Assembly (NCBI RefSeq): GCF_003790525.1
Contig: NZ_CP033635.1
DNA: 64,000 nucleotides
Direction: 5' to 3' (one strand)
Source of the DNA: Escherichia coli
GTDB lineage: Bacteria; Pseudomonadota; Gammaproteobacteria; Enterobacterales; Enterobacteriaceae
Positions 54,023 through 64,000 of this stretch are shown piece after piece; position 1 is the first letter of the stretch; each line of letters opens with the position of its first letter. The translations under genes and the position numbers were made by a program. Under the pieces are notes generated by a model, which had not been told where the DNA came from, searched no databases, and worked only from the letters and a program-made list of their open reading frames with translations.

Positions 54023-55309
54023 TTACTGATGATTCATCATCAATTTACGCAACGCAGCAAAATCGGCGGGCAGGTTATGCGAAAGCAAGGGTAAATCAGC
54101 ACGTTCTGCCAGCTCTTTTGGCAGATCCAATGTTTCACCGAGAATCGCTTCCACGCTCTCTTTAAATTTCGCCGGATGCGCGGTGCCGAGGAACAAGCCA
54201 TATTCGCCTGGATGCAACTGGTCACGCAGCGCACGATAAGCTACGGCAGCGTGCGGCTCCGAGGTATAGCCCAGTTCTTTTAACTCACGCATTGTCTGTT
54301 GCGTGGTTTCATCATCCACGGCTGCATACCCCAGCTCTTTCAGTTGCCAGATTTTGCGGCGGAACAACTCTTCCACACGCGGCCAGTTGTTTGGCTGGCT
54401 AACATCCATCGCATTGGATAACGTCGCCTGAGTCGCTTTGGGTGACCACTGACCGTCGTGCAGGAAACGTGGCACGGTATCGTTCACGTTGGTCGCAGCA
54501 ATAAAACGTTTCACCGGCAGACCGAGTGACTTCGCCAGCAGACCCGCCGTCAAATCGCCGAAGTTTCCGCTTGGCACCGAGACAACCAGCTGGTTGCGCG
54601 CTTCCTGCGGCAGCTGCGCAACAGCTTCAAAGTAGTAGCAAATCTGCGCCAGCAAACGGCTGATGTTAATGGAGTTAGCAGAGTTTAGCCCCAGCGCCAC
54701 TTTCAGTTCTTCATCATCAAACGCCTGCTTCACCAGCGCCTGACAGGCATCGAAATCGCCGTCGATGGCAACAGTTTCGATATTGCCGCCCAATGTACAG
54801 AACAGTTTTTCTTGCAGTGGACTGATTTTGCCTCGTGGATAGAGGATAACCACTTTCACATTCGGTAAACCGTAGAAAGCATGAGCCACTGCCGCTCCAG
54901 TATCACCAGATGTCGCGGTCAGAATGGTCACTGGCTTATCGCCCGCAATATGGGTCAGCATTTGTGCCATAAAGCGACCGCCGAAATCTTTAAATGCCAG
55001 CGTTGGCCCGTGAAACAATTCCAGACAACCGACATCGCTTTCAACATTGGCGACCGGAGCCGGGAAGGCAAACGCCGCGCGTACGCGCTCTTCCAGGATT
55101 TCCTGCGGGATTTCATCACCAATAAACGCCGAGAGGATCTTCGCACTGCGGGTGACAAAATCCAGCTTCAGCATCTCATCAATTTCAGTCAGGCTGAATT
55201 CCGGCAGGTCGTGCGGGAAAAACAGCCCCTGATTTTTGCCCAACCCCTGGGTTACGGCTTGCGCAAAGCTGACCTGCTCATTGTGATCTTTCAGATTGTA
55301 GAGTTTCAT
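54023..55309 (-). CDS. thrC: Threonine synthase
   Basis: 428 aa MKLYNLKDHNEQVSFAQAVTQGLGKNQGLFFP... Confidence 0.97.
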   Translation of the reverse strand: MKLYNLKDHNEQVSFAQAVTQGLGKNQGLFFPHDLPEFSLTEIDEMLKLDFVTRSAKILSAFIGDEIPQEILEERVRAAFAFPAPVANVESDVGCLELFHGPTLAFKDFGGRFMAQMLTHIAGDKPVTILTATSGDTGAAVAHAFYGLPNVKVVILYPRGKISPLQEKLFCTLGGNIETVAIDGDFDACQALVKQAFDDEELKVALGLNSANSINISRLLAQICYYFEAVAQLPQEARNQLVVSVPSGNFGDLTAGLLAKSLGLPVKRFIAATNVNDTVPRFLHDGQWSPKATQATLSNAMDVSQPNNWPRVEELFRRKIWQLKELGYAAVDDETTQQTMRELKELGYTSEPHAAVAYRALRDQLHPGEYGLFLGTAHPAKFKESVEAILGETLDLPKELAERADLPLLSHNLPADFAALRKLMMNHQ

Positions 55310-56242
55310 TTAGTTTTCCAGTACTCGTGCGCCCGCCGTATCCAGCTGGCAAATATGAACAAAACCTTCCTGATTTTGCAGGTAGTTCTTACCCAACCAG
55401 TCGGCAACGCGCTGGGCGGTTTCCGGCTTGTCACACAGAGCGAACAAGGTCGGGCCGGAGCCGGAGATACCGCTCGCTACCGCGCCGATTTCCGCGACCG
55501 CCTGCCGCGCCTGCCGGAAGCCTGGCAGTAACCGTTCACGGTAGGGTTCAGCGATAACATCTTTCATCAGCTTCGCGGCAAGCTCAGGCTGACGGGAATA
55601 GCAGGCGTGAATGAAGCCTGCCAGATGTCGCCCGTGCGCAATGCAATCCTGGCGGCGATACTGCGCCGGTAAAATAGCCCGGGCTTCTGCCGTCGAGACT
55701 TTAATCCCCGGATACGCCAGCACCCACAGCCACTCATCAAACCCTGGCACTTGCTGACTGATGATGTCGTTTTCTTCGATCATCAACTGCATACCACCAA
55801 GAAAACACGGTGCCACGTTGTCGTAATGAATGCTGCCGGAGATACGGCCTTCCAGCTCGCCCATCAAAGCCAGCAAACGAGTGTCATTAAGCGGCTTGCC
55901 GCAGTGTTCATTCATCGCCATCAGCGCCGCGACCACCGAACAGGCACTGGAGCCTAAGCCCGAACCGATCGGCATATTCTTTTCCAGGGTCATCGCCACT
56001 GGAATTTGCTTACCCAGTTCCTGGCAAAAACGCTCCCAGCACTGATAAACGATATTTTCCCGTGGTTCTGACGGCAGCTTATCGGCAAAGCGTCCGAGGT
56101 TGTTGAGACTGAATGTCTCTGCCGCCTCAACCGTGACTACATCTCCGAGCAATGCACCATCAACAGGTGTCACCGCCGCCCCGAGCACATCAAACCCGAC
56201 GCTCATATTGGCACTGGAAGCCGGGGCATAAACTTTAACCAT
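55310..56242 (-). CDS. thrB: Homoserine kinase
   Basis: 310 aa [24 protein letters not shown]... GHMP kinase motif [10 protein letters not shown]. Confidence 0.97.
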   Translation of the reverse strand: MVKVYAPASSANMSVGFDVLGAAVTPVDGALLGDVVTVEAAETFSLNNLGRFADKLPSEPRENIVYQCWERFCQELGKQIPVAMTLEKNMPIGSGLGSSACSVVAALMAMNEHCGKPLNDTRLLALMGELEGRISGSIHYDNVAPCFLGGMQLMIEENDIISQQVPGFDEWLWVLAYPGIKVSTAEARAILPAQYRRQDCIAHGRHLAGFIHACYSRQPELAAKLMKDVIAEPYRERLLPGFRQARQAVAEIGAVASGISGSGPTLFALCDKPETAQRVADWLGKNYLQNQEGFVHICQLDTAGARVLEN

Positions 56243-56243
56243 G

Positions 56244-58706
56244 TCAGACTCCTAACTTCCATGAGAGGGTACGTAGCAGATCGGCAAAGACACCAGCAGC
56301 TGTAACGTCATTGCCCGCGCCATATCCGCGCAGAACCAACGGCAGCGGCTGATAATAGTGGCTATAGAAGGCCAGGGCGTTTTCGCCATTTTTCACTTTG
56401 AACAGCGGATCATTGCCATCCACTTCGGCAATCTTCACGCGGCAGATGCCATCTTCATCAATATTGCCAACATAGCGCAAAACTTTGCCCTCATCACGAG
56501 CCTTCGCCACGCGTGCGGCAAAGAGATCGTCGAGCTGTGACAGATTCGCCATAAAAGCGGCAACATCACCCTCTGCGTTAAACTCTGCGGGCAGCACAGG
56601 TTCAATTTCAATATCCGCCAGTTCCAGTTCACGTCCCGTTTCACGGGCGAGAATCAATAGCTTACGCGCCACATCCATACCAGAAAGATCATCTCGCGGG
56701 TCCGGTTCGGTATAACCCATTTCCCGCGCCAGCGTGGTCGCCTCGGAGAAACTCATGCCTTCGTCTAACTTGCCGAAGATATAAGAAAGCGAACCAGAAA
56801 GAATGCCGGAGAACTTCATCAATTCATCACCTGCATTGAGCAGATTTTGCAGGTTCTCAATAACCGGTAATCCAGCCCCAACGTTGGTGTCATAGAGGAA
56901 TTTACGCCGCGATTTTTCCGCCGCATAACGCAACTGATGGTAGTAATCCATCGACGAGGTGTTGGCCTTTTTGTTCGGCGTGACAACGTGGAAACCTTCG
57001 CGCAGGAAGTCGGCATATTGATCCGCCACTGCCTGGCTGGAAGTGCAGTCAACAATGACCGGGTTCAGCAGATGATATTCTTTCACGAGGCGAATTAAGC
57101 GCCCGAGATTAAACGGCTCTTTGGCTTGCGCCAGTTCTTCCTGCCAGTTTTCCAGATTAAGGCCATGTACATTGGTGAGCAGTGCCTTCGAGTTGGCAAC
57201 ACCGCAGACACGTAAGTCGATATGTTTATTCTTCAACCAGCTTTGCTGACGCTTCAGTTGCTCCAGCAGCGCACCGCCAACGCCACCGACACCAATCACA
57301 AACACTTCGATAACCTGATCGGTGTTGAACAGCATCTGATGAGTAACGCGCACGCCAGTGGTCGCATCATCGTTATTGACCACGACAGAGATTGAGCGTT
57401 CAGAAGATCCCTGAGCAATGGCGACAATGTTGATATTGGCGCGGGCCAGCGCGGCAAAGAATTTCGCCGAGATCCCACGCAAGGTGCGCATACCATCACC
57501 TACCACCGAGATAATGGCCAGCCGTTCCGTCACCGCCAGCGGCTCCAGCAAGCCTTCCTTCAGTTCAAGATAGAACTCTTCCTGCATCGCCCGTTCAGCT
57601 CGCACACAGTCGCTTTGTGGAACGCAGAAACTGATACTGTATTCAGAAGACGATTGCGTAATCAGCACCACGGAAATACGGGCGCGTGACATCGCTGCAA
57701 AGACACGCGCCGCCATGCCAACCATCCCTTTCATCCCCGGGCCGGAAACGCTGAACATTGCCATGTTATTCAGATTGGAAATGCCCTTGACCGGTAATTC
57801 GTCTTCATCACGGCTGGCACCAATGAGCGTACCTGGTGCTTGAGGATTTCCGGTATTTTTAATCAGGCAAGGGATCTGGAACTGGGCGATAGGGGTAATT
57901 GTGCGGGGGTGAAGAACTTTAGCGCCGAAGTAGGAAAGCTCCATCGCTTCCTGGTAGGACATCGACTTCAACAACCTCGCATCGGGCACCTGACGCGGGT
58001 CGCAGGTATAGACCCCGTCAACGTCCGTCCAAATCTCGCAACAATCGGCGCGTAGACAGGCAGCCAGCACCGCAGCAGAGTAGTCGGAACCGTTGCGTCC
58101 AAGCACCACCAGTTCGCCTTTTTCATTACCGGCGGTGAAACCTGCCATCAGCACCATGTGATCAGCCGGAATACGACTTGCCGCAATACGGCGGGTGGAC
58201 TCAGCAATATCGACGGTAGATTCGAGGTAATGCCCCACTGCCAGCAGTTTTTCGACCGGATCGATAACGGTAACGTTGTGACCGCGCGCTTCTAATACGC
58301 CGGCCATAATGGCGATCGACATTTTCTCGCCACGGCAAATCAGCGCAGCGTTGATGCTATCCGGGCACTGCCCCAACAAACTAATGCCATGCAGGACATG
58401 TTTTATTTGGGCAAATTCCTGATCGACGAAAGTTTTCAATTGCGCCAGCGGGAACCCCGGCTGGGCGGCGGCGAGTCCCGTCAAAAGTTCGGCAAAAATA
58501 CGTTCGGCATCGCTGATATTGGGTAAAGCATCCTGGCCGCTAATGGTTTTTTCAATCATCGCCACCAGGTGGTTGGTGATTTTGGCGGGGGCAGAGAGGA
58601 CGGTGGCCACCTGCCCCTGCCTGGCATTGCTTTCCAGAATATCGGCAACCCGCAGAAAACGTTCTGCATTTGCCACTGATGTACCGCCGAACTTCAACAC
58701 TCGCAT
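56244..58706 (-). CDS. thrA: Bifunctional aspartokinase I / homoserine dehydrogenase I
   Basis: 820 aa [48 protein letters not shown]... Confidence 0.97.
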   Translation of the reverse strand: MRVLKFGGTSVANAERFLRVADILESNARQGQVATVLSAPAKITNHLVAMIEKTISGQDALPNISDAERIFAELLTGLAAAQPGFPLAQLKTFVDQEFAQIKHVLHGISLLGQCPDSINAALICRGEKMSIAIMAGVLEARGHNVTVIDPVEKLLAVGHYLESTVDIAESTRRIAASRIPADHMVLMAGFTAGNEKGELVVLGRNGSDYSAAVLAACLRADCCEIWTDVDGVYTCDPRQVPDARLLKSMSYQEAMELSYFGAKVLHPRTITPIAQFQIPCLIKNTGNPQAPGTLIGASRDEDELPVKGISNLNNMAMFSVSGPGMKGMVGMAARVFAAMSRARISVVLITQSSSEYSISFCVPQSDCVRAERAMQEEFYLELKEGLLEPLAVTERLAIISVVGDGMRTLRGISAKFFAALARANINIVAIAQGSSERSISVVVNNDDATTGVRVTHQMLFNTDQVIEVFVIGVGGVGGALLEQLKRQQSWLKNKHIDLRVCGVANSKALLTNVHGLNLENWQEELAQAKEPFNLGRLIRLVKEYHLLNPVIVDCTSSQAVADQYADFLREGFHVVTPNKKANTSSMDYYHQLRYAAEKSRRKFLYDTNVGAGLPVIENLQNLLNAGDELMKFSGILSGSLSYIFGKLDEGMSFSEATTLAREMGYTEPDPRDDLSGMDVARKLLILARETGRELELADIEIEPVLPAEFNAEGDVAAFMANLSQLDDLFAARVAKARDEGKVLRYVGNIDEDGICRVKIAEVDGNDPLFKVKNGENALAFYSHYYQPLPLVLRGYGAGNDVTAAGVFADLLRTLSWKLGV

Positions 58707-58732
58707 GGTTGTTACCTCGTTACCTTTGGTCG

Positions 58733-58770
58733 AAAAAAAAAGCCCGCACTGTCAGGTGCGGGCTTTTTTC
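58733..58770 (-). terminator. thr operon attenuator (Rho-independent terminator)
   Basis: Reverse strand: GC-rich hairpin agcccgcacctgacagtgcgggct followed by a T-run, between thrL and thrA. Confidence 0.85.
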
Positions 58771-58787
58771 TGTGTTTCCTGTACGCG

Positions 58788-58856
<69 letters not shown>

Positions 58857-59066
58857 TGTTGTGTACTCTGTAATTTTTATCTGTCTGTGCGCTATGCCTA
58901 TATTGGTTAAAGTATTTAGTGACCTAAGTCAATAAAATTTTAATTTACTCACGGCATGTAACCAGTTCAGAAGCTGCTATCAGACACTCTTTTTTTAATC
59001 CACACAGAGACATATTGCCCGTTGCAGTCAGAATGAAAAGCTGAAAAATACTTACAAAGGCGTTTT

Positions 59067-59753
59067 TTATTTGGTGATATTTTTTTCAATATCATGCAGC
59101 AAACGGTGCAACATTGCCGTGTCTCGTTGCTCTAAAAGCCCCAGGCGTTGTTGTAACCAGTCGACCAGTTTTATGTCATCTGCCACTGCCAGAGTCGTCA
59201 GCAATGTCATGGCTCGTTCGCGTAAAGCTTGCAGTTGATGTTGGTCTGCCGTTGCATCACTTTTCGCCGGTTGTTGTATTAATGTTGCTAATTGATAGCA
59301 ATAGACCATCACCGCCTGCCCCAGATTGAGCGAAGGATAATCCGCCACCATCGGCACACCAGTAAGAACGTCAGCCAACGCTAACTCTTCGTTAGTCAAC
59401 CCGGAATCTTCGCGACCAAACACCAGCGCGGCATGGCTCATCCATGAAGATTTTTCCTCTAACAGCGGCACCAGTTCAACTGGCGTGGCGTAGTAATGAT
59501 ATTTCGCCCGACTGCGCGCAGTGGTGGCGACAGTGAAATCGACATCGTGTAACGATTCAGCCAGTGTCGGGAAAACTTTAATATTATCAATAATATCACT
59601 AGATCCATGTGCGACCCAGCGGGTGGCTGGCTCCAGGTGTGCCTGACTATCGACAATCCGCAGATCGCTAAACCCCATCGTTTTCATTGCCCGCGCCGCT
59701 GCCCCAATATTTTCTGCTCTGGCGGGTGCGACCAGAATAATCGTTATACGCAT
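59067..59753 (-). CDS. lasT: SpoU/TrmH-family RNA 2'-O-methyltransferase LasT (YjtD)
   Basis: Track ORF trimmed to MRITIILVAPARAENIGAAARAMKTMGFSDLRIV..., 228 aa. Confidence 0.85.
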   Translation of the reverse strand: MRITIILVAPARAENIGAAARAMKTMGFSDLRIVDSQAHLEPATRWVAHGSSDIIDNIKVFPTLAESLHDVDFTVATTARSRAKYHYYATPVELVPLLEEKSSWMSHAALVFGREDSGLTNEELALADVLTGVPMVADYPSLNLGQAVMVYCYQLATLIQQPAKSDATADQHQLQALRERAMTLLTTLAVADDIKLVDWLQQRLGLLEQRDTAMLHRLLHDIEKNITK

Positions 59754-60151
59754 ATTGCCACTCTTCTTGATCAAATAACCGCGAACCGGGTGATCACTGT
59801 CAACTTATTACGCGGTGCGAATTTACAAATTCTTAACGTAAGTCGCAGAAAAAGCCCTTTACTTAGCTTAAAAAAGGCTAAACTATTTCCTGACTGTACT
59901 AACGGTTGAATTGTTAAAAAATGCTACATATCCTTCTGTTTACTTAGGATAATTTTATAAAAAATAAATCTCGACAATTGGATTCACCACGTTTATTAGT
60001 TGTATGATGCAACTAGTTGGATTATTAAAATAATGTGACGAAAGCTAGCATTTAGATACGATGATTTCATCAAACTGTTAACGTGCTACAATTGAACTTG
60101 ATATATGTCAACGAAGCGTAGTTTTATTGGGTGTCCGGCCCTCTTAGCCTG

Positions 60152-60292
60152 TTATGTTGCTGTTAAAATGGTTAGGATGACAGCCGTTTTTGACACTGTC
60201 GGGTCCTGAGGGAAAGTACCCACGACCAAGCTAATGATGTTGTTGACGTTGATGGAAAGTGCATCAAGAACGCAATTACGTACTTTAGTCAT
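60152..60292 (-). CDS. yjjY: Small protein YjjY (46 aa)
   Basis: Below track threshold; reverse-strand ORF MTKVRNCVLDALSINVNNIISLVVGTFPQDPTVSKTAVILTILTAT* found 96 nt upstream of arcA, the K-12 position of yjjY. Confidence 0.5.
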   Translation of the reverse strand: MTKVRNCVLDALSINVNNIISLVVGTFPQDPTVSKTAVILTILTAT

Positions 60293-60387
60293 GTTACGCC
60301 GATCATGTTAATTTGCAGCATGCATCAGGCAGGTCAGGGACTTTTGTACTTCCTGTTTCGATTTAGTTGGCAATTTAGGTAGCAAAC

Positions 60388-61104
60388 ATGCAGACCCCGC
60401 ACATTCTTATCGTTGAAGACGAGTTGGTAACACGCAACACGTTGAAAAGTATTTTCGAAGCGGAAGGCTATGATGTTTTCGAAGCGACAGATGGCGCGGA
60501 AATGCATCAGATCCTCTCTGAATATGACATCAACCTGGTGATCATGGATATCAATCTGCCGGGTAAGAACGGTCTTCTGTTAGCGCGTGAACTGCGCGAG
60601 CAGGCGAATGTTGCGTTGATGTTCCTGACTGGCCGTGACAACGAAGTCGATAAAATTCTCGGCCTCGAAATCGGTGCAGATGACTACATCACCAAACCGT
60701 TCAACCCGCGTGAACTGACGATTCGTGCACGCAACCTGCTGTCCCGTACCATGAATCTGGGTACTGTCAGCGAAGAACGTCGTAGCGTTGAAAGCTACAA
60801 GTTCAATGGTTGGGAACTGGACATCAACAGCCGTTCGTTGATCGGCCCTGATGGCGAGCAGTACAAGCTGCCGCGCAGTGAGTTCCGCGCCATGCTTCAC
60901 TTCTGTGAAAACCCAGGCAAAATTCAGTCCCGTGCTGAACTGCTGAAGAAAATGACCGGCCGTGAGCTGAAACCGCACGACCGTACTGTAGACGTGACGA
61001 TCCGCCGTATTCGTAAACATTTCGAATCTACGCCGGATACGCCGGAAATCATCGCCACCATTCACGGTGAAGGTTATCGCTTCTGCGGTGATCTGGAAGA
61101 TTAA
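60388..61104 (+). CDS. arcA: Two-component response regulator ArcA
   Basis: 238 aa [43 protein letters not shown]... OmpR-family receiver plus winged helix. Confidence 0.97.
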
Positions 61105-61121
61105 TCGGCTTTACCACCGTC

Positions 61122-61157
61122 AAAAAAACGGCGCTTTTTAGCGCCGTTTTTATTTTT
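61122..61157. terminator. Bidirectional Rho-independent terminator (arcA / creD)
   Basis: aaaaaaacggcgctttttagcgccgtttttattttt: hairpin flanked by A- and T-runs between convergent genes. Confidence 0.7.
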
Positions 61158-61162
61158 CAACC

Positions 61163-62515
61163 TTATTTCCAGATACGTAATTCATCGTCCGTTGTAACTT
61201 CTTTACTGGCTTTCATTTTCGGCAGTGAAAACGCATACCAGTCGATATTACGGGTCACAAACATCATGCCGGCCAGCGCCACCACCAGCACACTGGTTCC
61301 CAACAACAGCGCGCTATCGGCAGAGTTGAGCAGTCCCCACATCACACCATCCAGCAACAACAGCGCGAGGGTAAACAACATGCTGTTGCGCCAACCTTTC
61401 AATACCGCCTGCAAATAAATACCGTTCATTAACGCCCCAATCAGACTGGCGATTATCCATGCCACGGTAAAACCGGTATGTTCAGAAAGCGCCAGCAAGA
61501 GCAAATAAAACATCACCAATGAAAGCCCCACCAGCAAATATTGCATTGGGTGTAAGCGTTGCGCGGTGAGCGTTTCAAAAACAAAGAACGCCATAAAAGT
61601 CAGCGCAATCAGCAGAATGGCATACTTAGTCGCCCGGTCAGTTAATTGGTATTGATCGGCTGGCGTCGTCACTGCGACGCTAAACGCCGGGAAGTTTTCC
61701 CAGCCGGTATCATTGCCTGAAGCAAAACGCTCACCGAGATTATTAGCAAACCAGCTGCTTTGCCATTGCGCCTGAAAACCTGACTCACTAACTTCCCGTT
61801 TGGCTGGTAGAAAATCACCTAAAAAACTGGGATGCGGCCAGTTGCTGGTTAAGGTCATTTCGCTATTACGCCCGGCAGGCACCACAGAAAGATCGCCGGT
61901 ACCGCTTAAATTCAGTGCCATATTCAGCTTCAGGTTCTGCTTCCGCCAGTCCCCTTCGGGTAAAGGGATATGCACGCCCTGCCCGCCTTGCTCTAACCCG
62001 GTGCCGGGTTCAATGGTCAGCGCCGTTCCGTTAACTTCAGGCGCTTTCACCACACCAATACCACGCGCATCCCCGACGCTAATCACAATAAATGGCTTGC
62101 CAAAGGTGATATTTGGCGCGTCGAGTTCGCTAAGACGCGAAACATCGAAATCGGCTTTTAGCGTTAAATCACTGTGCCAGACCTGACCGGTATAAATCCC
62201 TATCTTGCGTTCTTCCACGTTCTGATTGCCATCAACCATCAATGACTCAGGTAACCAAAAATGGATAAAACTTCGTTTCCGCTCCACGGTTTTATCCTCT
62301 TCCTGCACCGTATAAAGCTCGGTCACAGGAATAGCGATGAGCGGCCCAACGAGTTTTTGCGGCCCGCTGGTACTTTGGCGAATCGCATCTTCCACATCGC
62401 TACGGTAATCGGCACGTTCGACAATCACCTGCCGAATCAGCATTATCGGAATCAACAACAGCAATACGGCACCAAACAGGGTGGTCATTTTCCAGAACAG
62501 GGGGGATTTCAACAT
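61163..62515 (-). CDS. creD: Inner membrane protein CreD
   Basis: 450 aa MLKSPLFWKMTTLFGAVLLLLIPIMLIRQVIVERADYRSDVEDAIRQS... Confidence 0.9.
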   Translation of the reverse strand: MLKSPLFWKMTTLFGAVLLLLIPIMLIRQVIVERADYRSDVEDAIRQSTSGPQKLVGPLIAIPVTELYTVQEEDKTVERKRSFIHFWLPESLMVDGNQNVEERKIGIYTGQVWHSDLTLKADFDVSRLSELDAPNITFGKPFIVISVGDARGIGVVKAPEVNGTALTIEPGTGLEQGGQGVHIPLPEGDWRKQNLKLNMALNLSGTGDLSVVPAGRNSEMTLTSNWPHPSFLGDFLPAKREVSESGFQAQWQSSWFANNLGERFASGNDTGWENFPAFSVAVTTPADQYQLTDRATKYAILLIALTFMAFFVFETLTAQRLHPMQYLLVGLSLVMFYLLLLALSEHTGFTVAWIIASLIGALMNGIYLQAVLKGWRNSMLFTLALLLLDGVMWGLLNSADSALLLGTSVLVVALAGMMFVTRNIDWYAFSLPKMKASKEVTTDDELRIWK

Positions 62516-62572
62516 AGTCTTCTCCTTTGCAATGGCAGCAGGATACGAAGGCTATGTGGGAAGAATTTGAAG

Positions 62573-63997
62573 CTATGTGAAGTGACGGTGAAGTCGAAGC
62601 GAGGCCAGCACGCCACCTTCCTGCACGTTGTGCAGCGTGACTTCGCCGTTAAACAAACGGGCGACCTCACTGACGAACGCCAACCCCAGACCGCTGCTTT
62701 TTTGCCCATTTGCACGCGGCAAAGAGTAAAAGCGTTCAAAAATACGTGAAAGCGCGTAGTCAGGAATACCACTACCGGTATCCAGCACCTTAAGCGTGAC
62801 GTGTTCCTGCTCCACTTCGGCGCTTAGCGTTATACGACCGCTCTCGGGGGTAAAATCGATGGCGTTATCCAGTAAATTCCCCAGCGCCTGCTCCAGTAAC
62901 GTCGGTTCAGCAGCAACGTTAACCTCGGTGGGCATAACATGCAGAGTGATTTTTTTTTCTGCCAACTGCACGGTGCGCGCTTCGCTGACGCGGCGGAATA
63001 ATGCCGCCACATCAACAACAGTCAGAACGACTTCCTGACGATTCTCCAGTCTTGCCTGGCGTAGTAACGTTTCCACCAGTGCCTGCATACGCGCATTTTG
63101 CGTCAGAATGTTGTCAGTAAAACGAGCCACCACTTCCGGCGGCGGACCTTCGCGTAAAATTTCCGCCGCGCCACGAATCGCCGCCAGTGGGCTTTTTAGC
63201 TCATGGGTTAACGCATAAACATACTGCTCAATATAGTTTTTCCCTTCCAGCTTCACGCGCATACTTTCCAGCGCCTGCGCGAGTTTACGCAACTCGCTAC
63301 TACCGAGATCGGGGAGAGGAACGGGCTTATTGTCAGTGACGGAATCAGCATAGCGAGTGAGCCGGGCAATAGAGCGGTTGATCCACCAAACCATGCCTGC
63401 GCCAATCACCAGTGCAATCCCCAACAAAATGGCGCTGGCCCATAAAATTCGCCGCTCGCTACGCTTAATGACCGGAGCCATCGCCGCGTTCGGTTTGCCT
63501 ACGCTCAAAACGCCAATAAGCCGCGAGCCGTCCATAATCGGTGCGGCAACATACATCACAGAACTTTCGGGATCGGCAGGATTTTGCAACGTGCTGCGCG
63601 CACCATACTGACCACGCAACGTTAGCCAGACGTCATTCCAGCGCGAATAATCCTGTCCAACGGCTTTATTTGCCGAATCGAACAATACTTTGCCCTGCGC
63701 ATCGGTCATATAGACATGATATTCATTGCGCACTTTGTTAATGCCACCGATATTGGCGCGAAACGGGCGATGTTGTAGCTGATTAAACGCCTGCGCCAGT
63801 TGCCCATGCGTTGGGTCCCCAGAGAGCAAATCGGGACGCGCCAGCTCCGCCAGCAACGTTGCGGTGTCGATCAACGTCCCCTCCGTTGCTCTTCGCACGC
63901 CCGGTTTAACTTCTTTGACAAAAATGGCCAGTACGAACCAGGCTGCCACCGCCACCAGTAAAAAATAGCCCAGCAACAACCGCATGCCGATACGCAT
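62573..63997 (-). CDS. creC: Sensor histidine kinase CreC
   Basis: 474 aa with two TM segments and HisKA/HATPase motifs (LTHELKSPLAAIRG ... DTGSGIP ... GLGL); the creB stop would overlap its start at the window edge. Confidence 0.9.
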   Translation of the reverse strand: MRIGMRLLLGYFLLVAVAAWFVLAIFVKEVKPGVRRATEGTLIDTATLLAELARPDLLSGDPTHGQLAQAFNQLQHRPFRANIGGINKVRNEYHVYMTDAQGKVLFDSANKAVGQDYSRWNDVWLTLRGQYGARSTLQNPADPESSVMYVAAPIMDGSRLIGVLSVGKPNAAMAPVIKRSERRILWASAILLGIALVIGAGMVWWINRSIARLTRYADSVTDNKPVPLPDLGSSELRKLAQALESMRVKLEGKNYIEQYVYALTHELKSPLAAIRGAAEILREGPPPEVVARFTDNILTQNARMQALVETLLRQARLENRQEVVLTVVDVAALFRRVSEARTVQLAEKKITLHVMPTEVNVAAEPTLLEQALGNLLDNAIDFTPESGRITLSAEVEQEHVTLKVLDTGSGIPDYALSRIFERFYSLPRANGQKSSGLGLAFVSEVARLFNGEVTLHNVQEGGVLASLRLHRHFT

Positions 63998-64000
63998 TAC

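Overview
This window is an Escherichia coli-type chromosomal segment in reverse orientation to the usual K-12 convention, running from the pdxA 3' end and ksgA-apaG-apaH through folA, kefFC, yaaU, fixABCX, caiTABCDE, caiF, carAB, dapB, rihC, ispH-fkpB-lspA-ileS-ribF, rpsT, nhaAR, hokC/sokC, dnaKJ, yaaI-yaaW-satP, mog, talB, yaaJ, yaaA, yaaX and thrLABC, then across the coordinate origin into lasT, yjjY, arcA, creD and creC. About 70 protein genes were recognised by reading the supplied translations; many track ORFs carry spurious N-terminal extensions and were trimmed to the conserved start, three of them non-ATG (carA TTG, caiE GTG, and the unknown ORF at 2792 GTG). I found no rRNA, tRNA, CRISPR array or intact IS element. 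Against the K-12 layout as I remember it, three AT-rich accessory insertions stand out: (A) a two-gene cassette of unknown function fused to the end of the ksgA-apaG-apaH operon (2133-3557), which is my best candidate for an undescribed system; (B) a GPH-family symporter plus GH31 glycosidase between rpsT and nhaR (about 33.1-36.96 kb), where K-12 carries IS1; (C) a Tsx-like porin, a Ser-type sulfatase and a tandem zinc-ribbon protein between nhaA and hokC (about 39.1-43.5 kb). No database search was possible; all homology statements come from reading the sequence and from memory.
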